Below the pieces are notes generated by a model that worked only from the letters and a program-made list of their open reading frames with translations, was not told the origin of the DNA and did not search any database. A stretch of DNA of 64,000 nt, taken from the NCBI GenBank assembly GCA_963815115.1, contig CAWFFN010000009.1, positions 1,632,001 through 1,696,000 on the forward strand. Reading direction: 5' to 3'. The position numbers and the translations under genes are program-made. Shown here piece after piece: positions 21,901 through 30,877 of this stretch; position 1 is the first letter of the stretch; each line of letters begins with the position of its first letter. This DNA is from an uncultured delta proteobacterium. GTDB taxonomy: Bacteria; Desulfobacterota; Binatia; DP-6.

Positions 21901-22520
21901 TCCGTGCCGTCGCTGAAGGCGCGGATCACGTCCTGCGGGTCGAGCAGGCCGTTGCCGTTCGCGTCCTGCACCCTCGCGTCGGCGGCGTAGTCGGTGACGT
22001 CGAACACGCCGTCGTCGTTCAGGTCGTAGGGATCGGGGTTCAGGAAGGCGCCGCCGGCGGACGACTCGGGCTTGGTGTGACCCGCGGCATCACGCGGCAG
22101 CGGCAGCTCGCCGCGGTTCAGATGCACCTTGCGGGCGAGGTCGTGCATCGCGCCCGTGTCGTCCCACTTGATGCCGGAGTCGAGCACGGCGATCAGGACG
22201 TCGGGGCGGCCGGTCGTCACCTGCCAGGCCAGATCGACGCTCATCCCGCGCACGCCGAACAGCTCGGCGGCGCTCCCGTCGATCGCCGGGTCGCCGGTCT
22301 GGTCGCTGGTGAGCTTCCACTCGGCGCCGCCGGTGAAGTCGATCGGCCGCACGGGCGGCGACGTCACCGGCAGGCGGAGGTAGGACGCATAGTTCTGCGG
22401 GGGCGTGCCGGGCGGGGGCGCCGGGTACGGGAACGTGGCCTGGGCGGCGCGGGCGGCGAGGACGACCGCGATGGACGCGACGGCGAGAGCGAAGCGTGGC
22501 ATGCGCCGAGTCGAGCGCAC
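18933..22520 (-). CDS. Large secreted S8 (subtilisin-like) peptidase with FG-GAP repeats
   Basis: Signal peptide; IAVLDSG (Asp), YGHGTG (His), SSCSSEATG (Ser); C-terminal ADxDGDG..E and GWP repeats. Confidence 0.85.
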   Translation of the reverse strand: MRSTRRMPRFALAVASIAVVLAARAAQATFPYPAPPPGTPPQNYASYLRLPVTSPPVRPIDFTGGAEWKLTSDQTGDPAIDGSAAELFGVRGMSVDLAWQVTTGRPDVLIAVLDSGIKWDDTGAMHDLARKVHLNRGELPLPRDAAGHTKPESSAGGAFLNPDPYDLNDDGVFDVTDYAADARVQDANGNGLLDPQDVIRAFSDGTDGDGNGYVDDIAGWNFLDDDNDPFDEVSYGHGTGEAEDSTAEADNGGDLGTCPNCRVLPVRVGDSFIADSNNFAQGVVFAVDSGAHIVQEALGTVNNTSFARAAIEYAWQSDVPVIASAADEESFHHNWPAADRHTITVNSVTRFADQSGFTMSPHSYLYLNGCTNYGGNIAVAIESSSCSSEATGRGSGIAGLIISAALDRVDAGTLQPRRTDPTGGVHPLSADEVAQLLTMTADDIDFSGDRTVSFILSAFGIDSMRYASQPGWDEYFGAGRANARQAVQAVASDAVPPEADLLAPDWWQTLDPVRTPVVTVTGAAAATRAASYGWELAAGCGVQPTEDRFTTIASASGLSAPTGPGTLASWSIRDTAMRCMIDPEGVPQTAPSGTPSPDDTPDAFTVTLRLRVTDAGGRRGEARRTLYLHHDDDLRRGFPLAIGGSGEPSPLFARLRGKLPLGTERRPKRQALIVPTADGTILALRANGHSLPGWPVHTDPLPLHTGSRAFVSGALPTAWYESFGGGAAAADIDGDRRTEVVAGSLAGKLYVWEQDGTRRPAFPVRTEARFSARSARDRFNRLQRGLLAAPVLADLDGDDRPEIIAAGMDRHVYVWRADGSTQPGWPVLVVDRTQMASIDPVSDHVVPKTVGGQAVALQGTKLVSTPAVGALRGDGRPVVVVGSNEEYREPVNFSSAGNTSIGTFQALGLLDGGNGRLHAIPAAGNADPLGMGNPAGPELPGWPVRIGIVAPELLPWIEGVPGSPVLADVDGDGSLEVGIFGVVGPAYILRADGSSFYGTGPDGLPVTLPTDGAAFGPDTPSGDAPSVPGLGAGSFAPIGPGGAMVYVAPGAGFGRLADTNIPAQQLPHDSHVEAWNVATGQFLPAFPRLLDDVVFFGSAAIADVSGDAQAEMVIGSGGYLVHAMDATGTEAPGWPKFTGGWIIATPAVGRIGNRPVVAVSTREGTLWVWRARGDPDARFWPQARHDATNRGLFVP

Positions 22521-22565
22521 TCGCCGAAAGCTGTCAATGATAATCGTGCATGGCGCGATTCGAAG

Positions 22566-23558
22566 TCACGCGGGTGCGTACCCCAGGCGCTTGTCGACGA
22601 CGTTGGCGAGCGGCCGGCCGGCGAGGAAGCGCTCCAGGTTGCCGAGGAAGATCTCGAAGGCGCGCGCGAAGAAGTCGGGCAGGTAACCCGACACGTGAGG
22701 GGTGAGGATCACGTTGTCGAGCGTCCAGTAAGGATGCTGCGCGGGCAGGGGCTCCTCGCTGAAGACGTCGAGACCCGCGCCGGCGATCGCGCCATTGCGC
22801 AGAGCGTCGATCAGCGCGGAGTCGTCGACGATCTCGCCGCGGCCGACGTTCACCAGGTAGGCGCTCGACTTCATCGCTCCGATCGCCCGGGCGTCGATCA
22901 GGTGATGCGTGTCGGGGGTGAGGGGCGTGGCCACGACGACGAAGTCGGCCCAGCCGAGGAGCGCGTGCAGATCGCCAGGCCCGACCACGGCGTCGGCGCC
23001 CTCGATGCCGAGCTCGGGCCGGCGCCGCAGGACCCGCACCCGCATGCCGAGACCGAGTCCCAGCCGCACCATCCCGAGGCCGATGGCGCCGGCGCCGAGC
23101 ACGGCGAGGTGGCTTCCCGCGAGCGGGCGGAAGCCGCCGCCGGCGGAGATCGCGGCGAAGCGGTCCCAGCGGCGCTCGGCCTTGAGGCGCTGCGCGACGT
23201 GCAGGTTGCGGGCGAGGGCGCAGAGCATGCCGAGGGCGTGCTCGGGAATGTTCACGGCGTGCAGCCCCGAGGCGTTGGTGAGCACCACGTCGCTCGCCAC
23301 CATCGCGGGGAAGAGGTTGGCCTCGACGCCGGCGGCGGCGGAGTGGATCCAGCGCAGGCGGTGCGCCCCCGCGAACAGCTCGGGCGGGAAGTGGAAGCCG
23401 AAGAAGACGTCGGCGTCGGCGAGCGCAGCGGGCAGGTCGGCTTCCTCGGTGACCCGCACGAACTCGACCTGCGGGTAGCGTGCCTGCACGGCGCGCAGGT
23501 CGTCGTCGCCGACGGTCCAGCGCACCTCCTTGATGCGGAAGTAGAGGACGACCTTCAT
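22566..23558 (-). CDS. D-2-hydroxyacid dehydrogenase
   Basis: GAGAIG, PLTPDT, NVGRG, LDVFSEEPL and TPHVSG motifs. Confidence 0.93.
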   Translation of the reverse strand: MKVVLYFRIKEVRWTVGDDDLRAVQARYPQVEFVRVTEEADLPAALADADVFFGFHFPPELFAGAHRLRWIHSAAAGVEANLFPAMVASDVVLTNASGLHAVNIPEHALGMLCALARNLHVAQRLKAERRWDRFAAISAGGGFRPLAGSHLAVLGAGAIGLGMVRLGLGLGMRVRVLRRRPELGIEGADAVVGPGDLHALLGWADFVVVATPLTPDTHHLIDARAIGAMKSSAYLVNVGRGEIVDDSALIDALRNGAIAGAGLDVFSEEPLPAQHPYWTLDNVILTPHVSGYLPDFFARAFEIFLGNLERFLAGRPLANVVDKRLGYAPA

Positions 23559-24004
23559 GCTCGCTCGGCCGCCTCGAGGAGCTCCGCTCGCCGGCGCGTC
23601 AGCTCGACCGCTCGCCCCTGCCAGTCGATCCCGAGATGCGCGAGCACCCGGGGATGCTGGTAGAATGCCAGGAGCACGAGCGCGCGCAGTCCGACGACCA
23701 GCGCGGCGCGCAGCCCGCCGGCGTGCTGGAAGGACTCGAGGTAGGCCCGCGCCTGATCGGTCTCGAGTGCGCTGAAACGCGACCAGCGTCCCGCGAACAG
23801 CGGCGGCCCGTACTCGAGCAGGCGCAGGCCGAGCGGGAAGGCGATGCGCATCGGGGCGGGGAGAAACGGCAGGAAGCGCTCCACCTCCTCGAGCACGTCG
23901 CCGTCGACCGGCTGATCGAAGCCGTGGCCGCGCGGCCGGATCGCGGCGATGGCGGCGCGCAGGATGCGAGCGGTGCCGGGCGATGGCGGGCGGCCGGAAG
24001 CCAT
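23555..24004 (-). CDS. Hypothetical protein (gluconate dehydrogenase subunit 3-like)
   Basis: RFSAL..LRALVLLAFYQHP pattern; ATGA coupling to the downstream dehydrogenase. Confidence 0.6.
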   Translation of the reverse strand: MASGRPPSPGTARILRAAIAAIRPRGHGFDQPVDGDVLEEVERFLPFLPAPMRIAFPLGLRLLEYGPPLFAGRWSRFSALETDQARAYLESFQHAGGLRAALVVGLRALVLLAFYQHPRVLAHLGIDWQGRAVELTRRRAELLEAAERA

Positions 24005-24085
24005 GTCGATCGTCTAGGAGAGCCGGGCGGGTCGTGCAACGGTTGCATGGCGGCGGGCGGGGTGGCTAGAAGGCAGCCGGACGAC

Positions 24086-24685
24086 ATGGCGATTCCCGCC
24101 CAGCGCCTGCAGGACCTGCTCGCCGCCGAGCGGCCCGATCGCGAAGCGATCACGGCCCATCTCGACGCCCTCGACCACGGCGGCCGCATGGAGGCGATCA
24201 CCTCGCTCGGGGGTCCGCGGGCGCAGGGACGGCTGTGGGACGCGGCGGCCGGGACCGCGCCGGTGGGGATCGCCGACCTGGTGCCGCCGGACCTGCCGCC
24301 CCTGCGCGAGATCATATTCCACGGCAAGAACTCGCTCCCCGCCTTCACGCTCTTCCAGAAGCGCTTCTGCCGGCCGCCGGCGAGCGAGCCGGCCGACCGG
24401 CTCTGGGGATACAACCACCAGGCGCTCGCATGGCTGACCGGCCCCGGCTACTTCGTCGTGCACCGCGAGGGCGACGCGCCCGCCGCCATCGACTACCGGC
24501 TCGTCCCGCCCGCTCAACCGCCGGGATGGCCGGCCGTGAAGCCGAACGACGTCGGCCTGTCTCGGTTCGTCTACCGCGACATGGTCGACTACCTGCGCAG
24601 GGTGTCGCGGCACGTGCTCATCGGCCGGGCCACACGGTACGGGAAGGAGCTGCCGAACTACTTCCTCCTCTGCCGCGAGCCCTGA
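24086..24685 (+). CDS. Hypothetical protein
   Basis: HGKNSLPAFTLFQKRF, WGYN and GPGYF conserved-looking motifs. Confidence 0.7.
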   Translation: MAIPAQRLQDLLAAERPDREAITAHLDALDHGGRMEAITSLGGPRAQGRLWDAAAGTAPVGIADLVPPDLPPLREIIFHGKNSLPAFTLFQKRFCRPPASEPADRLWGYNHQALAWLTGPGYFVVHREGDAPAAIDYRLVPPAQPPGWPAVKPNDVGLSRFVYRDMVDYLRRVSRHVLIGRATRYGKELPNYFLLCREP

Positions 24686-24710
24686 GGTCGGCCGAGCGGA
24701 CGGACCGTCG

Positions 24711-24875
24711 ATGGCGCAGGACCCGGTCGAAAAGGATTGCTGTCGCAGGACGAGAGAGCGGTGGGAGCGCCGCATCCGGGCGTACTATGCGTCCTTCCCC
24801 GTGATCAAGGACGTGCCGTGCGATACCTGTCGCGAGATCCTCGAGATCCGGGTCTTCGACGTGCCCGTGGCCTGA
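24711..24875 (+). CDS. 54-aa Cys-rich microprotein (CC plus CxxC)
   Basis: MAQDPVEKDCCRRTRERWERRIRAYYASFPVIKDVPCDTCREILEIRVFDVPVA; fills the gap between two same-strand genes; below the ORF-track cutoff. Confidence 0.6.
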   Translation: MAQDPVEKDCCRRTRERWERRIRAYYASFPVIKDVPCDTCREILEIRVFDVPVA

Positions 24876-24892
24876 CCCGAGGCACGAGCCGG

Positions 24893-25864
<972 letters not shown>

Positions 25865-25878
25865 GGGACGGCCCGCGC

Positions 25879-26565
25879 GTGCGGCTCTCGGTCATCATGC
25901 CGGTGCTCGACGAGGCGCAGCGCATCGGGAAGCGCCTGGTCGAGCTGCGCGCGCTGTCCGGCGTCGACGAGATCGTCGTCGTCGATGGGGGGAGCCGGGA
26001 CGGTACCGCCGACGCCGCGCGCAGCGTCCCCGGCGTCCGCGTGCTGGAGGCGCCGCGGGGACGCGGACCGCAGATGAACGCGGGCGCGAGGTCGGCAAGC
26101 GGCGACGTGCTGCTCTTCCTGCACGCCGACGTCTCCCTGCCGCCGGATGCCACCACCTGGGTGGCGCGCGCCCTCGCCGAGCCCGGCGTCGTCGCGGGCG
26201 CGTTCCGCATCCGCACTCGTGCCGACGGCGGCCGCAACTGGCTCGGGCCGTTGCTCCGGCTGGCGGACGTGCGCTCGCGCATGGCGAGGCTTCCGTACGG
26301 GGACCAGGCGGTCTTCCTGCGCCGCGAAACCTTCGAGCGCGCCGGTGGCTTTCCGGATCAGCCGCTGATGGAAGACGTCGAGCTGGCGCACCGCCTGCGC
26401 CGGCTCGGCCGCATCCGCATCGTGCCGGCCGTCGTGCAGGTATCGGCTCGCCGCTTCCTGGCGCGGCCGGTGCGGACGCTGCTCGCGATGCGGTTCTTCC
26501 CGGTGCTGTACCGGCTCGGCGTGTCGCCCGAGCTCCTCGCGCGGCTCTATGGAAGCCCGCGCTAG
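25879..26565 (+). CDS. GT2 glycosyltransferase (TIGR04283-type, arsenosugar-associated)
   Basis: SVIMPVLDE, VVDGGS, GRGPQMNAGA, LFLHAD, PYGDQ and LMED; adjacent to arsS. Confidence 0.88.
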   Translation: MRLSVIMPVLDEAQRIGKRLVELRALSGVDEIVVVDGGSRDGTADAARSVPGVRVLEAPRGRGPQMNAGARSASGDVLLFLHADVSLPPDATTWVARALAEPGVVAGAFRIRTRADGGRNWLGPLLRLADVRSRMARLPYGDQAVFLRRETFERAGGFPDQPLMEDVELAHRLRRLGRIRIVPAVVQVSARRFLARPVRTLLAMRFFPVLYRLGVSPELLARLYGSPR

Positions 26566-26579
26566 CCCGGCAGATGCGG

Positions 26580-26966
26580 TCAGGCCTGCGCGGCCCAGCG
26601 CTGCGCGACGGGCGGCTCGACGTGATCGCAGATCGCCCCCAAGCCGTGCTCCCCGGTCCGCACCCGAACGGCATCGTGGACGGGAAGGATCATGACCTTT
26701 CCGTCGCCGACGCGGCCGGTGCGGGCTGCGTCGCTGATGGTGTACGCGGTCGGGATCGCGTCCTCGTCGCGGACGACGATCTCGAGCTTGAGCTTCGGGT
26801 GAAGGTCAATGCTGTAGGCGGTGCCACGGTAGCGGCCAAGACGGCACGCCTGGTGACCGTGCCCCAGGACCTCGGACACCGAAATACCCTCGACACCCCG
26901 GGCGACCAGCGAATCTCGCACTGCATCCAGCTTGAACGGGGCAATGATCGCTTCCACCTTCTTCAT
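26580..26966 (-). CDS. P-II family signal protein (GlnB/GlnK-like) with C-terminal extension
   Basis: MKKVEAII.PFKLD, YRGTAY, PKLKLEIVV, ARTG..GDGK and RVRTGE; SD AAGGAG. Confidence 0.92.
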   Translation of the reverse strand: MKKVEAIIAPFKLDAVRDSLVARGVEGISVSEVLGHGHQACRLGRYRGTAYSIDLHPKLKLEIVVRDEDAIPTAYTISDAARTGRVGDGKVMILPVHDAVRVRTGEHGLGAICDHVEPPVAQRWAAQA

Positions 26967-27036
26967 CGGCGGTCTCCTTCGTGACGGGCCGGGTCGCGAC
27001 CCGCGCGACCCTCGTCGACCATTCGCACGAACGTTC

Positions 27037-27051
27037 GCACGAACCATGCCG
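27037..27051 (-). promoter_or_regulatory. Sigma-54 promoter for the P-II gene
   Basis: Minus strand CGGCATG-GTTC-GTGC, nearly identical to the kdp1 promoter. Confidence 0.6.
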
Positions 27052-27162
27052 GGCCCTGGCGACGGAATTCCGGGGCTCGGGAGGTCTTGATCGTGTGGAA
27101 CGTTGCGTCTTGGAGCATCGCGGCATTGCGAGGTGAGGTCCCGCAGGACGCGTGACCGGGCA

Positions 27163-27203
27163 TGCACAGTGTCAGGTCGGAATGCTGCAAGGTGCACGAT
27201 CGC
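27163..27203. promoter_or_regulatory. Candidate enhancer (UAS) boxes TGCA-N3-TGCA
   Basis: TGCAAGGTGCACGATCGC at 27186 matches TGCATCCTGCACGATCGC at 52831; a weaker copy lies at 27163. Confidence 0.55.
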
Positions 27204-27248
27204 CCGGGATCGCAGCCGAGAACGCGCCGGAAAATGGGCTCGTCGCAC

Positions 27249-27263
27249 TGGCACGGACGATGC
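27249..27263 (+). promoter_or_regulatory. Sigma-54 promoter for the degenerate regulator and small-protein operon
   Basis: TGGCACG-GACG-ATGC. Confidence 0.7.
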
Positions 27264-27300
27264 TCACGGGCACAATGCCGATCGATGAGGTCCGTGGGAG

Positions 27301-28842
27301 ATGCAGCCCCGCGCGATCCCGTGGATAGAGACGCCTGCGTGCGACGCGGGGCTCCGCGGACGTCCCTCGGACGGCCGCTCGCGCGCGGCGGTCCTGATCG
27401 TCGATGACGAGGCAGACGTCCGGACGCAGCTCGCCGCCTCCCTCGATCGATACGGATGCGCGGTCGAGACCGCCGTGGACCTGCCGACCGCGCTCCGCTC
27501 ACTTGCGCTGCGGGCGTTCGACGTCGTCTTCGCAGACGTCCGCGTGGCGGGCATGGACGACGTCGCGCTGCTGAAGCAGGTGCGCGAGCGCCGTCCCGAT
27601 GCGGCCGTGGTGCCGATGACGGCGCACGCGACCGTCCCCCAGGCGGTGCACGCGATGCAGGCCGGTGCGTGCGACTATCTCGTGAAGCCGCTGGCCCCGG
27701 AGCTCGTCGAGCCCCTCCTGAGGCGCATCCTCGGGGTGAAGGCACCGTGCCCGGAAGAGCGTGCCGTCGGCGAAGCCCTCGAGTCGCTACGGATCCTGGA
27801 ATCGGCAACTCCGGCGATGCAGAGGGCGATCGCCACCGCGCGGCAGGTCGCGGCCTCCGACGTGCCCGTGCTCGTCACGGGCGAGAGCGGCACCGGCAAG
27901 AACGCGCTGGCGACCTACATCCATGCCTCGAGCCCCCGACGCCGGGAACCGTTCGCTACCATGTCCTGCACGGCCCTCGCCGATCATCTCGCCGAAGGCG
28001 AGTTCCTCGGGCAGGTGCAGGCCGCCTTCATCGATGCACGCAAGAACATGCCCGGCCCACCGGAGGAGGCAGGACTTCGCGGGACGCTCTTCCTCGACGA
28101 GGTGGGTGACGTCCCGCGGCAGGTCCAGGGAACGCTCCTCCGCTTCCTCGCCGAGCAGCGCTCCCCGCGCGTCGGGGCCGCCGACAGCATCGCGGTGGGT
28201 GCACGCGTCATTGCGGCCACGAACCGTGATCTGGAGGCGGAGGTGTCGGCCGGCCGTTTCCGAGAGGATCTCCTCTTCCGGCTGAACGTGGTCACGATCG
28301 CGTTGCCGCCCCTGCGCGAGCGACCGGAGGACCTCCTGGCGCTCACCGACCACGTCCTCACGCGGCTCGCTGCCCGCTACCACCGGGGTCCGGTCCGGCT
28401 CGCTCCCGAGGTCCGACTGATCCTCGCCGCCCACCGATGGCCGGGAAACGCGCGTGAGCTCGTGAACGTGCTCGAGCGGGCCCTGGTGCTGTCGCGTGGG
28501 GACACGATCACCCGGGAGGACCTACCCGACCGGTTGCTCGCGGGCTCGACGCCCGATGACGCCGACACAGCCCTCACGATGCTCTCGCTCGAGGAGCTCG
28601 AGCGCCGCCACATCGAGCGCGTGCTCGCGGACTCCGGGACGCTCGAGGAGGCCGCCGCCCGTCTCGGCATCAACCCGACGACCCTCTGGCGAAAGCGCAA
28701 GCGGTACCGCCTGCGGACCGCTGCAACTCCGGACCCCCCTCACGCCCGGACGAGCGGCCACCGCCGCCCGCGGCAAGGACCGCGACCCGACCGGGACCCG
28801 ACCAATCCGGGTGCCGACTCGGATGACGGATCGCTCCCCTAG
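27301..28842 (+). CDS. NtrC/AlgB-type response regulator with degenerate GAFTGA loop
   Basis: REC (VDDE..FADVR), Walker A GESGTGKN, Walker [33 protein letters not shown]; GAFTGA reads AAFIDA. Start uncertain. Confidence 0.9.
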   Translation: MQPRAIPWIETPACDAGLRGRPSDGRSRAAVLIVDDEADVRTQLAASLDRYGCAVETAVDLPTALRSLALRAFDVVFADVRVAGMDDVALLKQVRERRPDAAVVPMTAHATVPQAVHAMQAGACDYLVKPLAPELVEPLLRRILGVKAPCPEERAVGEALESLRILESATPAMQRAIATARQVAASDVPVLVTGESGTGKNALATYIHASSPRRREPFATMSCTALADHLAEGEFLGQVQAAFIDARKNMPGPPEEAGLRGTLFLDEVGDVPRQVQGTLLRFLAEQRSPRVGAADSIAVGARVIAATNRDLEAEVSAGRFREDLLFRLNVVTIALPPLRERPEDLLALTDHVLTRLAARYHRGPVRLAPEVRLILAAHRWPGNARELVNVLERALVLSRGDTITREDLPDRLLAGSTPDDADTALTMLSLEELERRHIERVLADSGTLEEAAARLGINPTTLWRKRKRYRLRTAATPDPPHARTSGHRRPRQGPRPDRDPTNPGADSDDGSLP

Positions 28843-28880
28843 AGCGGTCGGTCCAGGTCGCGACGGAGGCGAGGAATCCG

Positions 28881-29093
28881 ATGCTGGACGACGTCACGCT
28901 GCCCGTGCTGATGTGGCTCGGCGTGGGCGTCGGATACGCATGGTCGGTCTGGATGCTGCAGAGGCTCTGGCACCACGTTCCACCCGAGCGGTCCCTTCGC
29001 GGCGAGTCGAAGGTCGTCTATCTGAACGGTCGCTCCCGCTCGCAAGCAGGCCGTCTGGCGGCCAAGGAACGGAACCTGGCGATTCGTGGCTGA
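28881..29093 (+). CDS. 70-aa single-TM small protein (paralog of 52932-53105)
   Basis: SD GAGG; TM segment with W-x6-Y-x2-S-x3-L-x-R..W..PP pattern. Confidence 0.6.
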   Translation: MLDDVTLPVLMWLGVGVGYAWSVWMLQRLWHHVPPERSLRGESKVVYLNGRSRSQAGRLAAKERNLAIRG

Positions 29094-29161
29094 CAGGGAG
29101 GTCGCCCGTGAGACAGGTCGAACCGGTCATCCGTCGGCGCGGTGCCGATAGCCGTCCCAGC

Positions 29162-29326
29162 ATGGCGGACATGAGCAAGGTCATCCTGATGAACGTCGTG
29201 CTCGCGACGGCCTTCCTGGTCTTCTTCTTCCACGCGCCGCTCACGTACGCTGCCCTCGGTGCGGGAACTGCCGGCTTCATCCTGTGGGCCCGCGAACGGC
29301 GCCTGCAGGCACGTCGCACGCGTTGA
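29162..29326 (+). CDS. 54-aa two-TM small protein
   Basis: MADMSKVILMNVVLATAFLVFFFHAPLTYAALGAGTAGFILWARERRLQARRTR: hydrophobic hairpin with a basic tail. Confidence 0.55.
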   Translation: MADMSKVILMNVVLATAFLVFFFHAPLTYAALGAGTAGFILWARERRLQARRTR

Positions 29327-29332
29327 TTTCGC
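29304..29332 (+). repeat. 29-bp direct repeat, copy 1
   Basis: tgcaggcacgtcgcacgcgttgatttcgc, 26/29 identical to 35781-35809. Confidence 0.7.
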
Positions 29333-29383
29333 CTCTCGGCGTGACCTGCCCACCCGGGCGCCCTGCCGTCGGCAAGGGCGACC

Positions 29384-30805
29384 TCACTTCTTCTTCTGGT
29401 TGCCCACGCGCGTCTGCGGCAGCTCGCGACTCTGCTTGCGGAAGTAGCAGATCTCCACCAGCGTCGGCCACAGCTCGAGGGCGCTGCGGATGTCGCCGAC
29501 CACGTCGTCCACGATCCGGCTGAGGTTCTGCTGGAAGAAGTCGGCCTCGAAGCCGTAGAAGGCCTTCTCCAGGTTGCAGGCGAACCGCTCCAGAACGTCG
29601 CGCCGCTCCGCGTTGGCCGTGGCCGCGGCGGCCGCGAGGGCGCGGCGGTGGATGGCGGTGATGCGCTCGAGGATCTGCTCGCTGTCCTGCGCCGTCACCT
29701 CGCCCTCGTAGCCGAACTCGATGCCCAGGTCGTCCACCCGCTGGCAGCTCGCCTTGATCTTCCGCTTGAGCAGGTTCGCCACCTCCTCGTTGAAGACCTC
29801 GAACGGCAGCGGGTGCCGCATGTAGTTGTTCTTGATGTGGGTCTGCGCCGCGTCCACGTGCGCCGCGACCATGCCGGGCTGCTGGATCCACAAGCGGTAG
29901 ATGTAATCCTCGAAGCGCAGCCGGGTGGGGAAGAACGGCGGCAGCCCGACGCTGTTGTCGTAGCCGGCCACGCCGCAGTCCATCCGCCAGTTCCGGTTCG
30001 TGAGCGCCGGGCGGAAGTTCACCAGGACGTACACGTCGTTCACGTGGTCGAGGTTGGTCTGGTTCTCGTCGTCGAGAAACAGCTCCACGAAGTACAGGGC
30101 GTCGATGTCGCTGGTCCCGCTGCGGAAGGTCTGGGCCATCTTGACGGTCGCGCTGCGCGCGACCTTCCCCTTCTGGAGGATCAGCGAGTTCTCGCGCACC
30201 AGCCCGAGGTTCGCGTTGGTCTCCAGGTCCATCGCGCTGTCGCTGACGAGCTCCCCCTTGGCGAAGTTCTCGGGGACGTCGGCGACCTTCTTGCCGATGA
30301 CGTCGCCGAACGACGAGAGGATGTCGAACGGCCGGCGGGTGTAGCCGTTCACGGTCGCCTTGAGCAGCTTGCCCCGGCTGATCTCGTCGGCCGCCAGCGA
30401 TTCCGGGCTGTCCTCGATGAGCCCGTGCGGCCGCATGTCGTCGTCGGCGCTGACCACGTGGCTGCCGAGGGTGTAGATCAGCGCGAAGTTCCGGTTGCCG
30501 CCGTAGCTCGGCCGGAAGAGGTTGCGCACCGCGGCCTCGAGCTTCCGGTCCCGCAGCCGCCGGTTGAGCAGGGAGCAAAACGCCTCCTTCTCTCGGGGCC
30601 CGACGTAGAAGAGCTCGCTCCACGTGCGGGTCTTCTCCAGCAACGGGTAGTACTTCTCGTGGTTGGCCACGCTCGAGTCGTCGAAGACGATGATGCGCGG
30701 CGAGTGGCCGTTGTTCCAGAAATTCTCGTCGTACGTTCCCACCGTCTCGCACACGTCGCGGAGACGGTAGGTCGGGATGACGAAGATCAGCTCGTGGTCT
30801 GGCAT
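29384..30805 (-). CDS. Uncharacterised 473-aa GT-A-fold-like protein downstream of kdpC1
   Basis: IFVIPTYR, IVFDDS, GGNRN, SADDD (DxD) and RFED motifs recall GT2/GT-A enzymes. Confidence 0.75.
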   Translation of the reverse strand: MPDHELIFVIPTYRLRDVCETVGTYDENFWNNGHSPRIIVFDDSSVANHEKYYPLLEKTRTWSELFYVGPREKEAFCSLLNRRLRDRKLEAAVRNLFRPSYGGNRNFALIYTLGSHVVSADDDMRPHGLIEDSPESLAADEISRGKLLKATVNGYTRRPFDILSSFGDVIGKKVADVPENFAKGELVSDSAMDLETNANLGLVRENSLILQKGKVARSATVKMAQTFRSGTSDIDALYFVELFLDDENQTNLDHVNDVYVLVNFRPALTNRNWRMDCGVAGYDNSVGLPPFFPTRLRFEDYIYRLWIQQPGMVAAHVDAAQTHIKNNYMRHPLPFEVFNEEVANLLKRKIKASCQRVDDLGIEFGYEGEVTAQDSEQILERITAIHRRALAAAAATANAERRDVLERFACNLEKAFYGFEADFFQQNLSRIVDDVVGDIRSALELWPTLVEICYFRKQSRELPQTRVGNQKKK

Positions 30806-30877
30806 GTGTGCGTGAACCGACGTGCGAAGAGCGGAGCGCTCTTCGAGGACAGCACCTCACATACGGTGCCGATCGGC

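Noticed and set aside
19989-23663. 1224-aa plus-strand ORF
   Set aside because: Antisense shadow of the S8 peptidase and dehydrogenase genes; typical of high-GC DNA and has no motifs.
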